DNA of 54,025 nucleotides from a virus (Duplodnaviria; Heunggongvirae; Uroviricota; Caudoviricetes): IMG/VR virus record IMGVR_UViG_2526164690_000030; one strand, 5' to 3'. Shown piece by piece: positions 48,607 to 54,025 of this stretch (position 1 is its first letter; each line of letters starts with the position of its first letter). The notes under the pieces were generated by a model. It saw only the letters and a program-made list of their open reading frames with translations, ran no database searches and was not told where the DNA came from. The position numbers and the translations under genes were made by a program.

Positions 48607-49053
48607 ATGGCTGAAAATTTAAAGGCAAGAGATGGTAACCGCCTGTATAAGGCGCAATTGCTTTCCTACTATTATTCACGCCGCGCTGAGTCGGCGATCG
48701 GCAAAGGTGCGCGTTTTGTTATCTCTAAGGCGTATTGGTGCAAATCTAGTCTGGTAACTGCTAATGGTGCAGGAGGCTGGAATATAGCTGACATTCCACT
48801 CGATTTTAAATTGAGTGATGCTCAACAGTTTGCAGTGTCCGATCTGATATTGTCCAGTGTGGATGGGATTATCACTATCAATGCAGCCTTCCCTCAAGAA
48901 AGAATGCCGGATAACACGCCTTACGACTTTAACACGCTTGTGCTTGTTGATGCTGAGGAACAGGCTTTTGGTGTGCTTTGCACCCAGCAAGATACCCTCT
49001 ATAAAGGTAAACGTTACAGTATTCTCATGACAATCGAGCAAGTTGAGGGTTGA
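48607..49053 (+). CDS. Tail-fibre-associated protein (P1 R-like by position)
   Basis: 148 aa immediately upstream of the fibre gene; stop overlaps fibre RBS region. Confidence 0.35.
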   Translation: MAENLKARDGNRLYKAQLLSYYYSRRAESAIGKGARFVISKAYWCKSSLVTANGAGGWNIADIPLDFKLSDAQQFAVSDLILSSVDGIITINAAFPQERMPDNTPYDFNTLVLVDAEEQAFGVLCTQQDTLYKGKRYSILMTIEQVEG

Positions 49054-49055
49054 TT

Positions 49056-51599
49056 ATGGGGGCTGATAAAACGAACAACATAATGACACTATCCTCTGGT
49101 GTCTCACAGCCGTTGCTTGCTGATGTTCAATATTTCGAACTCTATAGTAGTTCGGCTCTTAACAGAAAACTTAAAAATATTGTTTTGCCTGGCTTTTACT
49201 GTGGATTTGAACCAGTTCCCGGCACAGGGTTGAGCGTCCGTATAACTTCTGAAAACTCAGAAGGTAAAGGGGCTGCTTCAGTAGATGTAAATAATGTTCA
49301 GATATCCGTTCAGCAAATAGAAGATGTGACTGTCTTGGTAAAGGCTGGGGCTACCAACATTATTGTGCTGGAAGCCAATTTTGAACATGGTGTAAAAACG
49401 ACACAGGTAGATAGCGCATCTTCTGTCAGCGCTGCAAGAATTTACGCGCGTACGGACAATACTATTGGGCAGAATCAAATTGAATTATGTCGAGTTATCG
49501 TGCCTAGCGGCGCAACGGCTGTGACTAAAGAAATGATTGTGCTTAAATACCGGGTTAACCGTGCTGTTGGTGTCGAATTCTCTAATGAAATAAGCAGTAC
49601 AGAAGAAAGAAAAGCGGCTACACCTCTGGCTGTCAAAACTCTCCATGATTTGGTTGATACAAAAGCACCGCTCGATAGTCCGCATCTGTCAGGTACGCCG
49701 ACTTCGCCAACACCTGAACCCGGTACAAACAACACACAGATCGCAAATGCGGCCTTTGTCTATGCTGCTATAAATGCGCTTATCAATGGTGCTCCGGGAA
49801 CGATGGACACGCTGAAAGAAATTGCAGCAGCCATCAATAACGACCCAAAGTTCAGCGAAACTATCAATAACGCACTGGCTCTTAAAGCTCCTTTGGCAAG
49901 CCCGGCGTTTACAGGTACGCCGACAGCGCCTACGGCCTCACAAGGCACAAGTAGCACGCAGATTGCAAATACAGCCTTTGTTAAGGCAGCTATAACGGCA
50001 CTTATCAACGGTGCGCCTGGCACATTGGATACGCTGAAAGAAATAGCGGCTGCGATCAATAACGATCCGAATTTCAGCACAACTATCAACAATGCCCTGG
50101 CTCTCAAAGCGCCTTTGGCAAGCCCTGCATTAACGGGTGTCCCTACTGCGCCGACCGCAGCACAGGGCACAAATAATACGCAGATTGCTACGACCGCTTA
50201 TGTAAGAGCTGCCATATCCGCATTGGTTGGTTCATCACCAGAAGCTCTTGATACCCTGAATGAGCTTGCCGCAGCACTTGGTAATGACCCGAACTTTGCG
50301 ACAACAATGACAAATGCGCTGGCAGGCAAACAGCCTCTGGATGCAACTTTAACCGCGCTTGCTGGTCTTGCTACAGGCGCAAATAAATTGCCGTACTTTA
50401 CCGGTACAGACACTGTTTCTCAGACTGACTTAACGTCAGTCGGTCGCGATATTCTGGCCAAAACAAGCGTCCTTGCTGTTATCCAATACCTTGGTTTAAG
50501 AGAACTCGGTACCAGTGGTGAAAAGATCCCCCTGTTGAGTACGGCTAACACATGGAGTGCGCGCCAGACTTTCAACGGCGGGATCACCGGGGCGCTGACA
50601 GGGAACGCCGACACCGCGACGAAATTGAAAACAGCTCGAACAATCAACGGGGTGGGATTTGATGGTTCTAAAGATATTACACTGACTCCTGAAAATCTTG
50701 GCTTGACGGATATAGTGTCTCAAGCTGGTAACGCCGTTCAGCGTTCCGGCGATAAAATGACCGGAGAACTGAAAATTGGTACGGTGAATGCGCTTCGGAT
50801 ATTTGATGAAGCATTCGGTCTTATTTTCCGTCGTTCAGAAGATTTTCTTCATTTCATTCCGACGGCTGAAGGACAAGGCGAAAACGGTGATATCGGCCCA
50901 TTAAGGCCATTCGCTATAAATCTGAGAACAGGTGCTATATCTGTCAGCCACGGGGCCAAAATTGAAGGAGGTCTAGCTATTGGTGCTACTGATAACGCAC
51001 TGGGTGAAAACTCCATTGTTCTGGGAGATAACGACACCGGATTTAGGCAAGATGGAGATGGTTTTATTAGCATCTTTTCAAATGGTTCGCGCATAGGACA
51101 TATTGATGAGTTAGGATTACATATTTATAAAGATATTGAATCTAATGGCAGCAATTTTAGATTAAAAGGTAATTACCGCCACCACATTACATTCGCCAAC
51201 GAAGACGGAAGTATTCGTATGTTTTTGTGGAAAGATAAAGATGGTGATGGTGTTCATATTAATAATGGTTCAAGCGGTGGCGGTGATTTCGTTTTTAAAA
51301 CAGATGGGGGATTTGCGCTGGGAAGTGGTGCGCAAGTTGCGTCTAATGGCGATATTTATGGTTCAGTGTGGGAAAACAACTGGTTAAGCACATGGCTGCA
51401 TAATCATGTCGTTCGGGATATTCGTCTTGGCAGCATTGAATATAAAAACGTATGGCGCGACTACGGCTTTGGCGATGCGTCAGGTTATGTTTTAACAGCC
51501 GCAATTAACAGCAATGCGGATGATATTGTCGACACTGTTGCCAGAAGGCCAATTCAGAAATTGATTGGGGGAATATGGTACAACGTGGGGAGTGTTTAA
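49056..51599 (+). CDS. Tail fibre protein S (constant N-terminal part plus variable C-terminal receptor-binding part)
   Basis: Three tandem ~61-aa repeats (...[45 protein letters not shown]...); C-terminus homologous to the oppositely oriented Sv' ORF; ATG at 49056 with GAGGGT RBS. Confidence 0.8.
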   Translation: MGADKTNNIMTLSSGVSQPLLADVQYFELYSSSALNRKLKNIVLPGFYCGFEPVPGTGLSVRITSENSEGKGAASVDVNNVQISVQQIEDVTVLVKAGATNIIVLEANFEHGVKTTQVDSASSVSAARIYARTDNTIGQNQIELCRVIVPSGATAVTKEMIVLKYRVNRAVGVEFSNEISSTEERKAATPLAVKTLHDLVDTKAPLDSPHLSGTPTSPTPEPGTNNTQIANAAFVYAAINALINGAPGTMDTLKEIAAAINNDPKFSETINNALALKAPLASPAFTGTPTAPTASQGTSSTQIANTAFVKAAITALINGAPGTLDTLKEIAAAINNDPNFSTTINNALALKAPLASPALTGVPTAPTAAQGTNNTQIATTAYVRAAISALVGSSPEALDTLNELAAALGNDPNFATTMTNALAGKQPLDATLTALAGLATGANKLPYFTGTDTVSQTDLTSVGRDILAKTSVLAVIQYLGLRELGTSGEKIPLLSTANTWSARQTFNGGITGALTGNADTATKLKTARTINGVGFDGSKDITLTPENLGLTDIVSQAGNAVQRSGDKMTGELKIGTVNALRIFDEAFGLIFRRSEDFLHFIPTAEGQGENGDIGPLRPFAINLRTGAISVSHGAKIEGGLAIGATDNALGENSIVLGDNDTGFRQDGDGFISIFSNGSRIGHIDELGLHIYKDIESNGSNFRLKGNYRHHITFANEDGSIRMFLWKDKDGDGVHINNGSSGGGDFVFKTDGGFALGSGAQVASNGDIYGSVWENNWLSTWLHNHVVRDIRLGSIEYKNVWRDYGFGDASGYVLTAAINSNADDIVDTVARRPIQKLIGGIWYNVGSV
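49735..50290 (+). repeat. Tandem ~183-bp coding repeats (about 3 copies) inside the tail fibre gene
   Basis: Near-identical repeats at DNA and protein level. Confidence 0.8.
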
Positions 51600-51600
51600 G

Positions 51601-52128
51601 ATGATGCACCTGAAAAATATTAAGGCCGGGAATCCGAAAACACCGGAACAATACCAGCTAACTAAAAAAGCGGGCGTGGTATGGCTCTTTTGCGAAGATG
51701 GCAAAAACTGGTATGAGGAACAAAAGAATTTTCAGCCAGACACCATAAAAATTGCTTACGATGAGAACAACATCATCGTTGCTGTCAGTAAAGACGTTTC
51801 AACTATTAATCCTGAAGGGCTAAGCATAGTTGAAGTTCCTGATATTACGGCAAATCGTCGCGCAGACAATAACGGAAAATGGATGTTTCTGGATGGTAAA
51901 GTAGTAAAGAGGGAATATACAGAACAGGAACTGCAACAACAGGCCGAATCACAAAAGGCCGCGTTACTTTCCGAAGCAGAAAGCGTTATTCAGCCACTGG
52001 AACGCGCCGTCAGGCTGAATATGGCGACGGATGATGAACGCGCAGGACTGGAGTCATGGGAACGCTACAGTGTTCTGGTCAGCCGTGTGGATACGGCAAA
52101 TCCTGAATGGCCACAAAAGCCTGAATAA
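51601..52128 (+). CDS. Tail fibre assembly protein U
   Basis: [23 protein letters not shown]...WPQKPE; paralogue of the inverted U' gene. Confidence 0.75.
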   Translation: MMHLKNIKAGNPKTPEQYQLTKKAGVVWLFCEDGKNWYEEQKNFQPDTIKIAYDENNIIVAVSKDVSTINPEGLSIVEVPDITANRRADNNGKWMFLDGKVVKREYTEQELQQQAESQKAALLSEAESVIQPLERAVRLNMATDDERAGLESWERYSVLVSRVDTANPEWPQKPE

Positions 52129-52131
52129 AAA

Positions 52132-52155
52132 TTAAGGCCCGCTATCGGGCCTTGT
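52132..52155. terminator. Bidirectional terminator between convergent U and U'
   Basis: aaggcccgctatcgggcctt hairpin. Confidence 0.6.
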
Positions 52156-52156
52156 C

Positions 52157-52690
52157 TCATTCAGGTTGTTCGGGAAATGTTACTGGCAGGCTGGAGGTGT
52201 CTGTAGATTCGACTTTCTGCGCATAGAGCATCCACTCAGTTAATTTTTGTTTATTCTCGTCGGAAATGATGCCCAGCCGTAGCTGTGAGTCCCATAGCTG
52301 GGTTTTATCCCTGACAAGTTGCAACAGGCTTTGCTTTTCATTCTCTGCCTGCTGCCTCTGTTCCTCCTCGGTATAAGTTCGCTTTATCACTACGCCATCT
52401 TTGAACATCCATTTACCCGAAATATCAGCCCGGCGATTTGCTGTAATATCAGGAACCTCAACGACGCTTGCGCCTTCTGGATTAATTGCTGAAACATCCT
52501 TTTCAATACAAATAATAACGTTGTTGTGGTCATAGACCATTTTCAACGTATCAGGCTGAAAGTTCTTTTGTTCCTCATACCAGTTTTTCCCATCCTCTGT
52601 ATAAAGCCATTTGATGTTAAATTGTTTCGTTAGCTGGTATTGCTCTTTTGTTTTAGGGTTGCCAGCAGTAATATTTTTTAAGTGCATCAT
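52157..52690 (-). CDS. Tail fibre assembly protein U' (alternative)
   Basis: [23 protein letters not shown]...FPEQPE, paralogue of U on the opposite strand. Confidence 0.75.
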   Translation of the reverse strand: MMHLKNITAGNPKTKEQYQLTKQFNIKWLYTEDGKNWYEEQKNFQPDTLKMVYDHNNVIICIEKDVSAINPEGASVVEVPDITANRRADISGKWMFKDGVVIKRTYTEEEQRQQAENEKQSLLQLVRDKTQLWDSQLRLGIISDENKQKLTEWMLYAQKVESTDTSSLPVTFPEQPE

Positions 52691-52692
52691 AA

Positions 52693-54025
52693 TTAAATAC
52701 TCCCCGCGTTATACCACGTTCCATTAATGCAATACTGAATTGGCCTTGCCTGTGTTATATCAATTAATTCATCACGGTTCCCGTTAACTGAACCCGTAAC
52801 GACATAACCTGACCTGTCAGACCAGCCGGGGCCATTCCATGTCTGAACAGATGACAGACCGCCAAGGCGAATACCTGTAATAAACCTTGAGTTACATTCT
52901 GCCTGCGTGTATGCACCAACATCTCCCGCCGAGGGTTTGCGGGTTGTGGTGTAAAACTCTGACCAGTTATCTTCAAAGCCATAACCATCACGCGCTGAAC
53001 GATAAAAGATACCGCCGTTCTTATAATTCACGCGGAACTGTACAGCAGGGCAACTCCCCGCATTCATATTAAAGTGGAGGATTAATGTCGATGCACCACT
53101 GATATCTGCATCATAAACGCCGCTATTCCAGTTCCAGCCAACAGCTTTATCATTTGCAACCCTGCTTCCTGTTTGCCCTAAAGCAAATGCAGGCTGCTGA
53201 TTTTTCGTGTTGTAGTCTCGTCGCCAGCCAGGAGAATAACCATCACCATGATTAATATAGGTGAATTGAGCGTTAGTAATTCCGCCACCACTTGACGTGC
53301 TCGGCGTGGTAACGCGTATGGTCATTGCGCCGCGGGTTCCCATAACCTCAATCACGGCTCCGGCAAGGCAGATATTTCCACAACCGGTATCCGTAATAAC
53401 CCTGTTTCTGGCATAGGACCATGACCCTTTACACATCCAGTATGGATGTCGGAAAGCTCCGTTATTCTCCAGCCACGAGATAAATGCAACTGTCGACCAT
53501 TCACCTTGTGAACCATCGATATCAGTCTGACCGCTAAATGCACGACAAGCCCCTGTGTTTTGTATGAATTTATCTTTATTCGGAATATCTGCACCGTTCT
53601 TGTTTTTCTGTAATGCTCCTGCGGCTAATTCTACAGTTTGCTCAAGATTTAAATCTGCCGCCGTTAGCTCAATATTTTTAGAACCGTCAAACGAGACACC
53701 GTTGATAGTACACGCCGTCTGCAATTTGGTCGCTGTCGCCGCATTACCAGAGGTGTCCTGATTCCCTTTGGCATTAACGCCGGGAACGGAATCTTTTGAC
53801 GTATAGATCTGTGCCCATTCAGACCAGTTGGCAGAATCAGTATCCCGCCGCGAACGGATATGTACGGGCGCATGGTCACCACTCGTGCCACTCCAGCCAA
53901 TGAATAACTCACCTTCGCCAGCAGCGGTGGCACCTTTAAGGTGAAGCACATTGCCATAGGGGGAAGGGTAGCCATTGTTGTATGCCTCATACAGCTGAAT
54001 CCCGGATGTCCCTGTGCATTCGCCT
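52693..54025 (-). CDS. Alternative tail-fibre variable segment Sv' (5' part lies beyond window end; no own start codon expected)
   Basis: Frame stays open to the window edge upstream of the track start at 53949; C-terminus [17 protein letters not shown] is homologous to the S C-terminus [17 protein letters not shown]. Confidence 0.7.
   Translation of the reverse strand, partial: GECTGTSGIQLYEAYNNGYPSPYGNVLHLKGATAAGEGELFIGWSGTSGDHAPVHIRSRRDTDSANWSEWAQIYTSKDSVPGVNAKGNQDTSGNAATATKLQTACTINGVSFDGSKNIELTAADLNLEQTVELAAGALQKNKNGADIPNKDKFIQNTGACRAFSGQTDIDGSQGEWSTVAFISWLENNGAFRHPYWMCKGSWSYARNRVITDTGCGNICLAGAVIEVMGTRGAMTIRVTTPSTSSGGGITNAQFTYINHGDGYSPGWRRDYNTKNQQPAFALGQTGSRVANDKAVGWNWNSGVYDADISGASTLILHFNMNAGSCPAVQFRVNYKNGGIFYRSARDGYGFEDNWSEFYTTTRKPSAGDVGAYTQAECNSRFITGIRLGGLSSVQTWNGPGWSDRSGYVVTGSVNGNRDELIDITQARPIQYCINGTWYNAGSI

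Noticed and set aside
49760..50170. 136-aa minus-strand ORF and possible repeat array in the fibre gene region
   Set aside because: Artefact of the Ala-rich tandem coding repeats; the repeats are in-frame protein modules, not a CRISPR array or an independent gene.

Overview
The window is a junction between two mobile genomes. (1) 1..8871 (high GC): the tnp-proximal end of a Tn21-family transposon carrying an In2-type class 1 integron. In order: IS1326-type istB (3' part), orf5, sul1, qacEdelta1, aadA1 cassette with attC, attI1, intI1 (PcW promoter inside), IRi, tnpM, res, tnpR, tnpA, and a 38-bp terminal IR ending at 8871. (2) 8872..54025 (lower GC with AT-rich islets): backbone of a P1-like temperate phage-plasmid. 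It holds a Ref-like HNH nuclease, an immI-like module (c4-like structured RNA, icd-like ORF, antirepressor), an accessory island (AT-rich morons, a SWIM-finger protein operon, an IS10 with perfect 9-bp target duplication inside a membrane-protein gene, higBA), a baseplate operon with a gpV-like spike, rdgC, a short C5-methyltransferase-like ORF overlapping dam, a chromosomal-type glnS, ParA/ParG and ParM/ParR partition loci, a PAAR protein, overlapped spanins, head and tail morphogenesis genes, a Rep_3 iteron replicon sitting between tail genes, tape-measure-like ORFs, baseplate W/J/I-like genes, and an S-U / U'-Sv' tail-fibre inversion segment that runs off the right edge. No CRISPR array, rRNA or convincing tRNA was seen. 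Resistance, transposon, IS10, glnS, partition and Rep calls rest on recognised protein sequence; most phage structural names are motif- and synteny-based inferences. No single clearly novel system was identified; the strongest candidates are the phage-borne glnS, the Rep_3 replicon inside the tail cluster, and the uncharacterised accessory-island operons.
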